DNA from: an uncultured Clostridium sp.
Lineage (GTDB): Bacteria > Bacillota > Clostridia > TANB77 > CAG-508
DNA length: 64,000 nucleotides
Assembly: GCA_948467495.1 (NCBI GenBank)
Contig: CAOKEO010000003.1
Coordinates: forward strand, 9,602-73,601
Reading direction: 5' to 3'
Part shown: piece after piece, positions 51,032 through 60,524 of the stretch
Position numbering within the stretch: position 1 is the first letter of the stretch
Layout of the letters: the number at the start of each line of letters is the position of its first letter
Position numbers and translations under genes: made by a program
The notes under the pieces: generated by a model
What the model saw: only the letters and a program-made list of their open reading frames with translations
Told to the model about the DNA's origin: nothing
The model's database searches: none

Positions 51032-51295
51032 CTACTTTATATCTGCTTTTTCTACAACTTCAACTACTCTCCATCTTTTATCTTTAGAAAGTGGTCTTGT
51101 TTCCATTACTTTTACTTTATCACCCATTTGGCAAACATTTTCTTCATCATGTGCTTTTAATTTGTAAGTTCTTTTTACTGTTTTACCATATACTTTATGA
51201 CTAACACTAGTTTGAACAGCTACTACTACTGTTTTATCCATCTTATTAGATGTTACTGTACCAATCATAACTTTACGAAGATTTCTTTCTTCCAT
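51032..51295 (-). CDS. rpsQ: 30S ribosomal protein S17
   Basis: [16 protein letters not shown]...[23 protein letters not shown]. Confidence 0.97.
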   Translation of the reverse strand: MEERNLRKVMIGTVTSNKMDKTVVVAVQTSVSHKVYGKTVKRTYKLKAHDEENVCQMGDKVKVMETRPLSKDKRWRVVEVVEKADIK

Positions 51296-51421
51296 TTAGA
51301 TTTCTCCTTTCTAATAATGTCAGGGGACACACCTCTTCCCCTTAGGTATTCCACTTAAGTTTGGGAAATAGCCCCTCTCCTTGCTTTTAAGTGTTTACCT
51401 TTTTGCTAACATATTTCATTT

Positions 51422-51628
51422 TTATGCTTTAGCATCTAGCATTTTTCTTTCTGTCAATACGGTATTTATTTTAGCTATATCTTTTTTTACCTCTTTTATT
51501 TTCATAGGATTATCTAATCCGTTGGTAGCTAAACTAAATTTTAATTTGAACAATTCTGTTTTTAGTTCACCTAATTCTTTCTCTAAATCTGGTGAAGACA
51601 TTTCTCTTATTTTATTTATCTTCATCAT
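51422..51628 (-). CDS. rpmC: 50S ribosomal protein L29
   Basis: [34 protein letters not shown] 51628 is preferred over the track's GTG at 51634. Confidence 0.93.
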   Translation of the reverse strand: MMKINKIREMSSPDLEKELGELKTELFKLKFSLATNGLDNPMKIKEVKKDIAKINTVLTERKMLDAKA

Positions 51629-52055
51629 TTTCACCTACCTTTTCTGTTTCTCTTGCTACAAATTTTGTTTTGTTAGGTAGTTTGTTCATAGCAAGTCTTA
51701 AGGCTTCTTTTGCAGTTTCTTCTGATACTCCAGAAATCTCAAACATTACTCTTCCTGGTTTTACAACTGCAACCCAATATTCTGGCGCACCTTTACCTTT
51801 ACCCATACGAGTTCCAATAGGTTTTGCTGTAATTGGTTTGTCTGGAAAGATTTTAATCCAAACTTTTCCACCTCTTTTTATATAACGAGTCATAGCAATT
51901 CTGGCTGCTTCAATTTGATTTCCTGTAATTAAAGCACCTGTTACTGCTTGGATTCCATATTCTCCATCTGTAACTTTATTTCCTCTTGTTGCCTTTCCTC
52001 TCATTCTACCTTTTTGTACTTTTCTATGTTTTGTTCTTTTTGGCATTAATGGCAT
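51612..52055 (-). CDS. rplP: 50S ribosomal protein L16
   Basis: [22 protein letters not shown].... Confidence 0.97.
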   Translation of the reverse strand: MPLMPKRTKHRKVQKGRMRGKATRGNKVTDGEYGIQAVTGALITGNQIEAARIAMTRYIKRGGKVWIKIFPDKPITAKPIGTRMGKGKGAPEYWVAVVKPGRVMFEISGVSEETAKEALRLAMNKLPNKTKFVARETEKVGENDEDK

Positions 52056-52711
52056 TATTGGTCTCCTCCTTCCATTTTCTTCTCTGGAAGAACTTCTCCT
52101 TTATAAATCCAAACTTTTACACCGATTTTACCATAGGTTGTATCTGCTTCTGCAAATCCATAATCAATATCAGCTCTTAAAGTTTGTAGTGGAATATTTC
52201 CTTCTTTATAGAATTCAGTTCTAGCCATGTCAGCTCCACCTAATCTTCCAGATACAGCAGTTTTAATTCCTAAAGCACCTGCTTTCATAGATTTTTGCAT
52301 ACATTGTTTCATGGCTCTTCTGAATGAAATTCTTCTTTCTAATTGTCCTGCAATATTTTCTGCTACTAATTGAGCATCTGTATCCATATTTTTAACTTCT
52401 ACGATGTTTAAATTAACATCTTTACCAATTAATTTTGTTAATTCTGCTTTTACACTTTCTACACCTGCTCCACCTTTTCCAATAACAATTCCTGGTTTTG
52501 CCGTGTGTAAATTAACCTTGATTGCTTTTGCTGTTCTTTCAATTTCAATTTTAGAAATACCAGCAAGATATAATTTTTTCTTTAAAAATTTACGAATCTT
52601 TTGATCTTCTACTAAATAATTTGCAAAGTTTCTTGAATCTGCATACCATTTAGAATTCCAATCTTTTATGATTCCAACTCTTACTCCTGTTGGATGTACT
52701 TTTTGTCCCAT
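52055..52711 (-). CDS. rpsC: 30S ribosomal protein S3
   Basis: [24 protein letters not shown].... Confidence 0.98.
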   Translation of the reverse strand: MGQKVHPTGVRVGIIKDWNSKWYADSRNFANYLVEDQKIRKFLKKKLYLAGISKIEIERTAKAIKVNLHTAKPGIVIGKGGAGVESVKAELTKLIGKDVNLNIVEVKNMDTDAQLVAENIAGQLERRISFRRAMKQCMQKSMKAGALGIKTAVSGRLGGADMARTEFYKEGNIPLQTLRADIDYGFAEADTTYGKIGVKVWIYKGEVLPEKKMEGGDQ

Positions 52712-52718
52712 ATTATTC

Positions 52719-53084
52719 CTAGTCCTCCTTTTCTTTCAAAACTATTGTAATGTGACTTGTTCTTTTTCTAATTCTTACTGCTGAACCTTTTGCAGCTGGA
52801 CGTATTCTTTTTAAAGTTGGTCCTTGATTGCTATAGATTTCAGCAACATATAATTTCTCATGTCTCATGTCATGATTATTTTCAGCATTTGCGATAGCTG
52901 ATTTTAATAATTTCTCTATGATTTCTGATGATGCTTTTGGTGTGAATTTTACGATAGCTAAAGCTTCATCTACATCTTTTCCTCGAATTAAATCTGCTAC
53001 GATTTTAACTTTTCTAGCTGAAATCCTTGCATATTTCAAGGTTGCTTTTGCTTCGTTTCTAACTAATGTTTCTTGCTCTTGCAC
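52719..53084 (-). CDS. rplV: 50S ribosomal protein L22
   Basis: [25 protein letters not shown]... GTG start with AAGGAGG upstream. Confidence 0.95.
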   Translation of the reverse strand: MQEQETLVRNEAKATLKYARISARKVKIVADLIRGKDVDEALAIVKFTPKASSEIIEKLLKSAIANAENNHDMRHEKLYVAEIYSNQGPTLKRIRPAAKGSAVRIRKRTSHITIVLKEKED

Positions 53085-53156
53085 TTTTCTTACCTCCTTA
53101 GATTAGTGTCTAGGGGCTACTTATCCATTTAAGTTTTTCCCCTTCTATTTGTCTCT

Positions 53157-53432
53157 CTATTTATTTGTTTTCTTATCTCCTGCATGACCTTTGAAGGTTC
53201 TTGTAGGAGCAAATTCACCTAATTTATGACCAATCATTTCTTCTGCTATATAAATTGGAACATGTTTTCTTCCATCATGTACAGCAATTGTATGACCAAC
53301 CATTTGTGGATATATTGTTGAAGCTCTAGACCATGTCTTTAAAACTTCTTTATTTCCAGATTCATTCATAGCTTCTACTCTTTTTAGTAGTTCTGGTGCT
53401 ACATATGGTTTTTTCTTGCTTGATCTTGACAT
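53157..53432 (-). CDS. rpsS: 30S ribosomal protein S19
   Basis: [30 protein letters not shown].... Confidence 0.97.
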   Translation of the reverse strand: MSRSSKKKPYVAPELLKRVEAMNESGNKEVLKTWSRASTIYPQMVGHTIAVHDGRKHVPIYIAEEMIGHKLGEFAPTRTFKGHAGDKKTNK

Positions 53433-53460
53433 ATTATAAATGTCCTCCCTTCTTTTTTTA

Positions 53461-53576
53461 GTAAGTTATCCGTAAAACTCACTTCGTTCGCTAACGGCTT
53501 TTCTATTGTTCACAATCTCCCTTTGGTCGATTGCGTAAGTTATCCGTAGAGCTCGCTTTGCTCGCTAACGGCTAAC
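53461..53576. repeat. 1.6 copies of the CACAATCTC..GATTGCGTAAGTTATCCGTAG..GCTAACGGCTAAC module variant
   Basis: Begins immediately after the rplB stop (TGA-GTTAGCCGTTAGCG in mRNA sense). An inverted fragment lies at 46391..46432. Confidence 0.8.
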
Positions 53577-54404
53577 TCACTTTCTTCTCTTTACAATAAA
53601 TTTATTAGATTGTTTCTTTTTATTTCTTGTTTTATATCCAAGAGCTGGTTTACCCCAAGGTGTCATTGGTCCAGCGTGTCCTACTGGTGCTCTACCTTCA
53701 CCACCACCATGAGGGTGATCTACTGGGTTCATTACAGAACCTCTAACAGTTGGTCTAATTCCCATATGTCTTTTTCTACCAGCTTTACCAATTTTAACAT
53801 TCTCATGATCACTATTTCCGATTACTCCGATAGTAGCTCTACAGGTTGCTAAAATTAATCTCATTTCTCCTGATGGAAGTCTTACATGGGCATATTTTCC
53901 TTCTTTTGCCATTAATTGTGCACTTTGTCCTGCTGCTTTTACTAATTTTCCACCTTGTTTTGGATTTAACTCAATGTTATGAATTAAAGTACCTACTGGA
54001 ATTGAACTAATTGGCATACAGTTTCCTGGTTTGATATCAGCTGTTTCTCCAGATATCACTTTATCTCCATCTTTTAATCCTTGTGGAGCTAAGATATATG
54101 CTTTTTCTCCATCTTCGTATTCCACTAATGCAATATTAGCACTTCTGTTTGGATCATATTCAATTCCTATTACAGTTGCTGCCATATCGTCTTTTCTTCT
54201 TTTAAAATCTACTATTCTATATTTTTGTCTATTTCCACCACCTTGATGTCTTACTGTGATTCTTCCATAGGAGTTTCTTCCTGCATTTTTCTTTTTCTTT
54301 GCTAATAAAGATTTCTCAGGAGTTTTCTTTGTAATTTCTCCAAAGTCTGAAACTGTCATATTTCTTCTAGATGGTGTATAGGGTTTGAAGTGTTTCATTC
54401 CCAT
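53577..54404 (-). CDS. rplB: 50S ribosomal protein L2
   Basis: [14 protein letters not shown]...[15 protein letters not shown]. Start ATG 54404 (AAAGGAG upstream). Confidence 0.96.
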   Translation of the reverse strand: MGMKHFKPYTPSRRNMTVSDFGEITKKTPEKSLLAKKKKNAGRNSYGRITVRHQGGGNRQKYRIVDFKRRKDDMAATVIGIEYDPNRSANIALVEYEDGEKAYILAPQGLKDGDKVISGETADIKPGNCMPISSIPVGTLIHNIELNPKQGGKLVKAAGQSAQLMAKEGKYAHVRLPSGEMRLILATCRATIGVIGNSDHENVKIGKAGRKRHMGIRPTVRGSVMNPVDHPHGGGEGRAPVGHAGPMTPWGKPALGYKTRNKKKQSNKFIVKRRK

Positions 54405-54675
54405 TTTTTTCTCCTTTCTCGAATTCATGAAAAACTTCGTTTTACGTCGTTACTGATGCTATTAAAGCTTTGCTTGTTACTGCATTAGTATGCAGTTTGC
54501 GTAGCAAACTGACTTCATTAAGTTTTCCTAGTAATACTCGTTTTTGTTGAATTCTCTACTCTACTGATTGGTTTTCGAGAGTAGTTGCGGACTTTTTCCT
54601 GCTCCGCATAACAGATATTCTTTATTTTCCTGGTATTTTCCAGCTAATTTTTTTATCTAATTTCCATTTGTGTAC

Positions 54676-54868
54676 GAAATTGATTAAAAGTGATATATTG
54701 TGCATTTTGCTGATATTGTTAAGCTTCAGCTGTTACAATATCAGTATGCAAATGAATTTTATATTCATTTGCCTCCATTTTCTTAATCTTAAACTGAAGG
54801 CGTACGTTGGTACGTCGAAATTTGTAATCAATAGCGAAAATGTGCAAGATGTTGCTTTTAATCGATTT
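54676..54868. repeat. composite repeat: outer palindrome with inserted double-hairpin module
   Basis: Arms GAAATTGATTAAAAG.. and ..CTTTTAATCGATTTC. Inserted module 54711..54796. Core GAAGGCGTAC-GTTG-GTACGTCGAAA. Ends at the rplW stop codon. Confidence 0.8.
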
Positions 54869-55216
54869 CTAGGCACCCATGAATTCGTCAATACTATCTT
54901 TGTATTTTTTCGTAACTTTTGTTGCTTTTCCACCTTTTGCTAAATAAGAGGTATCTTCTGGATTAGTATCAATTGTAACAATTGCTTTCTTCCAATCTGA
55001 AGTCTTACCAATGTGGTAACCAACTCTTTTCTTCTTACCATTTACATTCATGGTATTCACTTTTAAAACTTTTACCTCAAAAAGTTTTTCAACAGCTTTT
55101 GCTATTTCCACTTTTGTTGCTTTTTTATTTACTTTGAAAGTGTATTTTCCTTCTTGCAATTGATCATTACTTTTTTCTGTAACAATTGGTGCTACAATAA
55201 TCTCTTCTGGTTTCAT
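54869..55216 (-). CDS. rplW: 50S ribosomal protein L23
   Basis: IVAPIVTEKSNDQLQEGKYTFKVNKKATKVEIAKAVEKLFEVKV.... Confidence 0.95.
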   Translation of the reverse strand: MKPEEIIVAPIVTEKSNDQLQEGKYTFKVNKKATKVEIAKAVEKLFEVKVLKVNTMNVNGKKKRVGYHIGKTSDWKKAIVTIDTNPEDTSYLAKGGKATKVTKKYKDSIDEFMGA

Positions 55217-55840
55217 TTAAGCGTACACCTCCTCTAATTTTTTAACAGTATCTACTGGTAAAATTAGATTTGTATATTTTAATAAATCAAATACATTAAT
55301 ATTATTGGCAGTAATTGTTTTAACTCCTTCAATATTTCTAGATGACATAAAAACATTTTTATTGTTTTCTGGAAGAACGATTAATGTTTTTCCTTCTACT
55401 TTTAAATCTGTTAAAGCCTTTACCATTGTCTTTGTTTTGATTTCTTTTACTTCTAATTTATCTACTACTGTTAATTCTTTTTCTAACACTTTAGAACTTA
55501 AGATTGATTTAATTGCCAATCTTCTTTCTTTTTTATTAACGGTATATTTGTAAGAACGAGGTTTTGGTCCTAATGCGATACCACCTTTAATCCATTGTGG
55601 GCTTCTTGTAGAACCTTGTCTTGCTCTACCTGTTCCTTTTTGTCTCCATGGTTTTTTACCACCACCAGAAACTTCTGCTCTTGTTTTAGTACTTCCAGTA
55701 CCTTGTCTTTGATTAGCTAAATAGTTTACTAACACACTATGTACAATGTTTTCATTTGGTTCAATTCCAAATACAGTGTCAGCTAATTCTATATCACTTA
55801 CTTTTTTACCTTTTAAATCATATACATCTACTTTTGGCAT
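55217..55840 (-). CDS. rplD: 50S ribosomal protein L4
   Basis: RQGTGSTKTRAEVSGGGKKPWRQKGTGRARQGSTRSPQW. Confidence 0.97.
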   Translation of the reverse strand: MPKVDVYDLKGKKVSDIELADTVFGIEPNENIVHSVLVNYLANQRQGTGSTKTRAEVSGGGKKPWRQKGTGRARQGSTRSPQWIKGGIALGPKPRSYKYTVNKKERRLAIKSILSSKVLEKELTVVDKLEVKEIKTKTMVKALTDLKVEGKTLIVLPENNKNVFMSSRNIEGVKTITANNINVFDLLKYTNLILPVDTVKKLEEVYA

Positions 55841-55858
55841 TATCTTTTCCTCCTTCCT

Positions 55859-56491
55859 CTATTTACTAGCCTTTACAGCTGATTTTACTTTTAGGATAGC
55901 TCCTTTTGCTCCTGGAACGCTTCCTTTTACTAAAATTACATTTTTATCCATATCTACTCTTACAACATCTAAGTTTTGAATTGTAATAGTAACTCTTCCC
56001 ATATGTCCTGGTAATTTCTTACCTTTAAATACTCTACCTGGTGTTGAAGTAGATCCCATTGAACCTGGTCTTCTATGATACATAGAACCATGTCCCATTG
56101 GTCCTCTGTGTTGACCATGTCTTTTGATAACACCTTGGAACCCTTTTCCTTTTGATATTCCTTGTACATCTACTTTTTCTCCTGCTTCGAAAATGTCTGC
56201 TTTGATTTCATCTCCTACTTTGTAGCCTGCTACATCTTCTACTCTGAATTCTCTTAGATGTTTTTTATTAGCAAGTTTTGCTTTTGCAAAATGTCCTGCT
56301 TCTGGTTTGTTTATATGTTTATCTTTGATTTCTCCGTATCCTAATTGAATGGCATCATATCCATCTGTTTCTACTGTTTTTACTTGTGCTACAATATTTC
56401 CTGCTGTTTCGATAACAGTAACTGGAATGACGTTTCCTTTTTCATCGAAGATTTGTGTCATACCGATTTTTTTTCCGATAATTCCTTTCAT
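55859..56491 (-). CDS. rplC: 50S ribosomal protein L3
   Basis: [28 protein letters not shown].... Confidence 0.98.
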   Translation of the reverse strand: MKGIIGKKIGMTQIFDEKGNVIPVTVIETAGNIVAQVKTVETDGYDAIQLGYGEIKDKHINKPEAGHFAKAKLANKKHLREFRVEDVAGYKVGDEIKADIFEAGEKVDVQGISKGKGFQGVIKRHGQHRGPMGHGSMYHRRPGSMGSTSTPGRVFKGKKLPGHMGRVTITIQNLDVVRVDMDKNVILVKGSVPGAKGAILKVKSAVKASK

Positions 56492-56728
56492 TTTCTTTCC
56501 TCCTAACTATTGGCTGAAAATAATAATTCTAAACTTCGTCTCACTTCGTTAAATTTCGTTCTAAAATCCCCGACCTACACAAGTACGCCTCCGGTTTTAT
56601 CACTTATTTGCCTTGTGATACTCGTTTTAAATTCTTATTTAGATTTCGGCTTGGTTTTGCTGAGGCTGTTAAATTTGTTTGTCACAGCATCAGTATGCAA
56701 ATACATTAAGCATTTGTTTTGCTTAATC

Positions 56729-57052
56729 TTACAATTTTATCTCTATGTCAACACCAGCTGGTAACTCTAATTTCATTAGACTGTCCACTGTTTTTTGTGT
56801 TGGATAAAGTATATCGATTACTCTTTTATGGGTTCTCATTTCAAATTGTTCTCTTGAATCTTTGTATTTGTGTGGAGAACGTAAAATTGTTACGATTTCT
56901 TTTTGTGTTGGTAATGGAATAGGACCTGAAACCTTTGCTCCTGTTTTTTTAGCAGTATCTACTATCTTTTCAGCAGACTGATCTAAAACTACATGGTCAT
57001 ACGCTTTCAATCTTATTCTAATTTTCTCACTTGTTGCTATTGTGTTTGCCAT
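56729..57052 (-). CDS. rpsJ: 30S ribosomal protein S10
   Basis: [40 protein letters not shown]. Confidence 0.98.
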   Translation of the reverse strand: MANTIATSEKIRIRLKAYDHVVLDQSAEKIVDTAKKTGAKVSGPIPLPTQKEIVTILRSPHKYKDSREQFEMRTHKRVIDILYPTQKTVDSLMKLELPAGVDIEIKL

Positions 57053-57067
57053 TGTAATTTTCCCTCC

Positions 57068-57203
57068 TTCTTTTTATGTTCACAATCTCATTTTATTCGA
57101 TTGCGTAAGTTATCTGTAACTCGCTTCGCTTCGCACAGCTACTACTGTTCACAATCTCATTTTATTCGATTGCGTAAGTTATCTGTAGCTTGCTTCGCTT
57201 CGC
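57068..57203. repeat. two tandem 69-bp copies of the CACAATCTCA..GATTGCGTAAGTTATCTGTA..CGCACAGC module inside the S10 leader
   Basis: Units start at 57068 and 57137. The array ends 15 nt upstream of the rpsJ start codon region (SD GAAGGAGGG). Confidence 0.9.
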
Positions 57204-57265
57204 ACAGCTAACTTAATTACCTTGGCAAGTTAAAACGCACTCTGGTGTTTCGAATATCACCTATA

Positions 57266-57297
57266 GAAAAACCCAAAATGTGCATGATAATTTTGGG
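57266..57297 (-). terminator. terminator-like hairpin inside the S10 leader (possible attenuator)
   Basis: Minus strand CCCAAAAT-N10-ATTTTGGG followed by TTTTTC, about 125 nt downstream of the promoter -10 and 210 nt upstream of rpsJ. Confidence 0.45.
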
Positions 57298-57420
57298 ATA
57301 AGTACATTTCTTACCGCCTGGTCTTTGCCATAACATACTCCACCAAAGTTCCCTCCATTCCATATTTCCGTAGGAATGTAGCCACATTTGGCTTCAACGC
57401 TTATTCATTCATGCTTATCT

Positions 57421-57449
57421 ATTATACAACCCTTATTTCCGTATGTCAA
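57421..57449 (-). promoter_or_regulatory. consensus sigma-A promoter of the S10 operon
   Basis: Minus strand TTGACA (57449..57444), 17 nt, TATAAT (57426..57421). Confidence 0.75.
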
Positions 57450-57563
57450 CACCTTTTTACAAATTTGTAACATTTCTGGTAACTATACAGACGTTTTGTT
57501 TTTTGCCATAAAAGTTTCTATATTTTTTATGTATGGGTAACTCTCCGATTTTTCCCATACCAT

Positions 57564-57598
57564 AAAAAATGTTGCTATCTATTGTAGCAACATTTTTT
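57564..57598 (-). terminator. intrinsic (bidirectional-looking) terminator after ldh
   Basis: AAAAAATGTTGCTA-N7-TAGCAACATTTTTT, 8 nt after the ldh stop. Confidence 0.7.
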
Positions 57599-57605
57599 AT
57601 TCTTT

Positions 57606-58562
57606 CTATTCTTCCTCAATTATTTTTTCAATTGATTTTTCTCTCATCTCTTTTATTAATTGACAACTGTTATTTAACTTTTCTTGTTCTGCATTATCCA
57701 AATCTATTTTAAGAAGCTCTCTCACACCGTTTCGACCAATAATAGCAGGCACACCAATATAAATATCATCTTGACCATACTCATTTTTCAAATAGGTAGA
57801 AACCGTTAAAATAGAATTTTCATCATCAAGAATTGCTCTAACCAATCGATTTAACGCCATTCCAATTCCATAATAGGTAGCCTTTTTCTTTTCAATAATC
57901 TCATAAGCTGCATTTACTACTCCTTCATGTATCTTCTTTAAATCTTCCATCGGATGTTGACCATCTTTCATAATATCTTTTACTCTCTTGCAGCCAACAT
58001 AAGCATGGTTCCAAGGGACAAATGAAGAATCTCCATGTTCTCCCATAATATAAGCATGAACATTTTTACTAGATACCTTTAAATAATCTGCCATCAAATA
58101 GCGAAGTCTAGCCGTATCTAAAACTGTCCCTGACCCAATTACTTTATTTTTTGGCAACCCTGAAACTCTCCAAACAACATAAGTCATTAAATCTACTGGA
58201 TTACTTGCCACAACAATAATGCCATCAAACCCACTTTCCATGATTGACTTTGTAATTTGCTTTATAATTTTAGTATTCACTTCCGCCAATTCTAACCTTG
58301 TTTGCCCTGGTTTTTGTGCCACACCTGCTGTTATTACAACTACCTCTGCCTCTTTACATTCACTATAATCACCAGCTTTGATAATCATTTTTTGAGGAGC
58401 ATATGGTAACCCATGCGATAAATCCATCTCCTCACCTACTGTTTTTTCTTTATCAATATCAATTAAAATGAGTTCTTCTATTCCTCCTCTATTCAACATA
58501 GAATACGCCATACTCATTCCAACAAACCCTGTTCCTACTAGAACTACTTTTCCTTTTTTCAC
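57606..58562 (-). CDS. ldh: L-lactate dehydrogenase
   Basis: VVLVGTGFVGMSMAYSM, catalytic GEHGDS, 318 aa. Confidence 0.93.
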   Translation of the reverse strand: MKKGKVVLVGTGFVGMSMAYSMLNRGGIEELILIDIDKEKTVGEEMDLSHGLPYAPQKMIIKAGDYSECKEAEVVVITAGVAQKPGQTRLELAEVNTKIIKQITKSIMESGFDGIIVVASNPVDLMTYVVWRVSGLPKNKVIGSGTVLDTARLRYLMADYLKVSSKNVHAYIMGEHGDSSFVPWNHAYVGCKRVKDIMKDGQHPMEDLKKIHEGVVNAAYEIIEKKKATYYGIGMALNRLVRAILDDENSILTVSTYLKNEYGQDDIYIGVPAIIGRNGVRELLKIDLDNAEQEKLNNSCQLIKEMREKSIEKIIEEE

Positions 58563-58690
58563 ACAAATCCTCCTTTACTTACTAGAGACTACTGCTTTCT
58601 AAGCTTCCTCTCATAAATTATACCCTAATTCTAACATAATTTTACCATGTTTACAAATAAAACGTAACAATTCAGATGTCTTGTTTTTGG

Positions 58691-58732
58691 AATAAAGTTT
58701 CTAATTGAAATATATCACCTCTAAATCGTTAC
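58691..58732 (+). promoter_or_regulatory. conserved upstream element (partial palindrome AAAGTTTCTA)
   Basis: AATAAAGTTTCTAATTGAAATATATCACCTCTAAATCGTTAC. The end of TTTCTA (58703) is 58 nt from the -35 box. Confidence 0.55.
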
Positions 58733-58761
58733 AATAAAATCAGTAATTATGCTATTTTCAT

Positions 58762-58790
58762 TTTACTTTTCTACTAAACTATGATATAAT
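58762..58790 (+). promoter_or_regulatory. sigma-A type promoter with extended -10
   Basis: TTTACT (58762..58767), 17 nt, TGATATAAT (-10 at 58785..58790), upstream of the DUF4364 gene. Confidence 0.55.
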
Positions 58791-58822
58791 CACAAAAAAC
58801 AAAGTAAGGAGTGCTATTGAAA

Positions 58823-59368
58823 ATGAGTCAAAATTCAGATAATGCTACTACTTTGGCTGAAAATAAGGTATTAATCTTATATCTATTAAGTCTTATTGAT
58901 GGAGAAATCAGACAAGATGCTTTATTTAAAATCACTTCTTCTATAAATGATATTAATTATTTTTACTTTAAGCAGATACTAACAGATTTAATAGATTCCA
59001 ATTTAGTAGGTACTTATACAAAAGAAGATGAACCAGTTGTAAAAATCACTTCCAAAGGAAAAAATGCATATACTCTTACCAAAGATGTATTACCAGGAAT
59101 TACAAAATTGAAAGCAGACAACATCTTTGCAAAAGAATTTTCTACCATAGAAGAAGAAGCATCTGTCATTGCAGAATTTATTCCTAAAAGTGAAAATGAA
59201 TATATGATAAAATGTAAAATTGTTGAAAACAACGAGACCCTATTTGAAGTAAAAACTTATGCTGGCTCCAGAGACAGAGCAAAACGAATTGTAAGTCATT
59301 GGAAACAAAACGCCACAACAATTTATCCCCAAATTTTAAATTTATTACTACAAGATAATGAAGATTAA
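58823..59368 (+). CDS. DUF4364 family protein (PadR-like winged-helix)
   Basis: LAENKVLILYLLSLIDGEIRQDALFKITSS is typical of DUF4364. ATG 58823 is preferred to the track's GTG 58811. Confidence 0.65.
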   Translation: MSQNSDNATTLAENKVLILYLLSLIDGEIRQDALFKITSSINDINYFYFKQILTDLIDSNLVGTYTKEDEPVVKITSKGKNAYTLTKDVLPGITKLKADNIFAKEFSTIEEEASVIAEFIPKSENEYMIKCKIVENNETLFEVKTYAGSRDRAKRIVSHWKQNATTIYPQILNLLLQDNED

Positions 59369-59420
59369 TCTAAAAAAATAGAATTACTAAAAAAGTAATT
59401 CTATTTTTTTATGAATGTCA

Positions 59421-60110
59421 CTAACATATAAAACCTAATATTGTTATGATAAGAACTTTCAGCATTATTTGCACAAAAAAATGATAATTTATGCATTTAA
59501 TCCCAACTGTATTAATCTTATCAAATCCATCTAATAATTTTTCTATTTCCTCTGGTAAAGAAATTTTCTTTTCCTGCATATATTCTTTCGCCAAATATCT
59601 CGCTTTTATCATCGCATCATTTTCAAGAAAAACCCTTACTACATAATAAATCATACTTAATATGAGAAAAATAACTAAAAACATCATCTTAAATGGTAAT
59701 ATTTTAAAGATAATAAAAGCACAAATTGTTACAAAATACACCAAATAAATATTAGAAAACCAAAAATGAAACATTAAAAGTTTTCTATTTTGAATAGAAT
59801 GTAAGCATTCATGTGCAATTGTCTGAATTCTTGTGTAACTTTTTTGAATATTACCAATTAAAATTTTATCTGTTAAAGCCACATATAGACTTGATTCTAT
59901 ATTCTCGCTTTCTTCTACTCTAACCTTTTCATTCTTTACTATTTTAAGATATTCTTTGCACATCTCCATATTACTTGGATATGCTTTTGCCAGGTTATCT
60001 AATTGTTCATCTTCACCAATATGTTTTAATTTTTTTATACTATAATCAAAAATATAAGCCAAAACTACGATAGAAATTACAGTCATAATAGCTATTATAA
60101 GGAATTCCAT
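59421..60110 (-). CDS. membrane protein with HExxH motif (putative zinc metallopeptidase)
   Basis: TM helices at both ends and centrally, with IAHECLHSIQ between them. Confidence 0.5.
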   Translation of the reverse strand: MEFLIIAIMTVISIVVLAYIFDYSIKKLKHIGEDEQLDNLAKAYPSNMEMCKEYLKIVKNEKVRVEESENIESSLYVALTDKILIGNIQKSYTRIQTIAHECLHSIQNRKLLMFHFWFSNIYLVYFVTICAFIIFKILPFKMMFLVIFLILSMIYYVVRVFLENDAMIKARYLAKEYMQEKKISLPEEIEKLLDGFDKINTVGIKCINYHFFVQIMLKVLIITILGFIC

Positions 60111-60138
60111 TTGTATTACCTCTATTTACTAATCCTTT

Positions 60139-60474
60139 TTATTGTATTACATCTCGAATGGCTTCACCAATTATTTTATTGACATCAGCAATCACAATAT
60201 TAAACTTTGTTTCTGCTTCAAAAAATTTCTTTGCCTCATCAATTTCTATCAATTCAGCATACAAATCTTGCATTTCTTTATATTTCATTTCATCTTGTTT
60301 CCCTGTTTGCATAACTGCCAATTGTGTCTCATATCTTTTTTGTTCAAATTGAGCCATCTTTTCTTTTAACTCCATATTCAGATTTAATGCCTGTTTTGCC
60401 ATCTTATAATTTATATATTCCTCTGATTGCTTAATTTCTTGTGCTAATTGATTAGCTGTATCATAAATATTCAT
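60139..60474 (-). CDS. YlbF/YmcA family regulatory protein
   Basis: MNIYDTANQLAQEIKQSEEYINYK..., 111 aa helical protein typical of UPF0342/YlbF. Confidence 0.75.
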   Translation of the reverse strand: MNIYDTANQLAQEIKQSEEYINYKMAKQALNLNMELKEKMAQFEQKRYETQLAVMQTGKQDEMKYKEMQDLYAELIEIDEAKKFFEAETKFNIVIADVNKIIGEAIRDVIQ

Positions 60475-60524
60475 TTCTACCTTCCCTTCTTATCACCTTA
60501 AAGCTTATACGAGAAAAATTAAAA

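Noticed and set aside
54869-54940. Apparent C-terminal extension of L23 into the repeat region
   Set aside because: The C-terminal ..SIDEFMGA resembles the normal L23 end (..IEFFEG.). The extra length is an internal insertion, not read-through into the repeat.
54668-54943. ORFs 54668..54943 (+) and 54733..54933 (-) in the rplW-rplB spacer
   Set aside because: They lie entirely within repeat modules that recur elsewhere in other frames. They have no SD and no conserved protein features.
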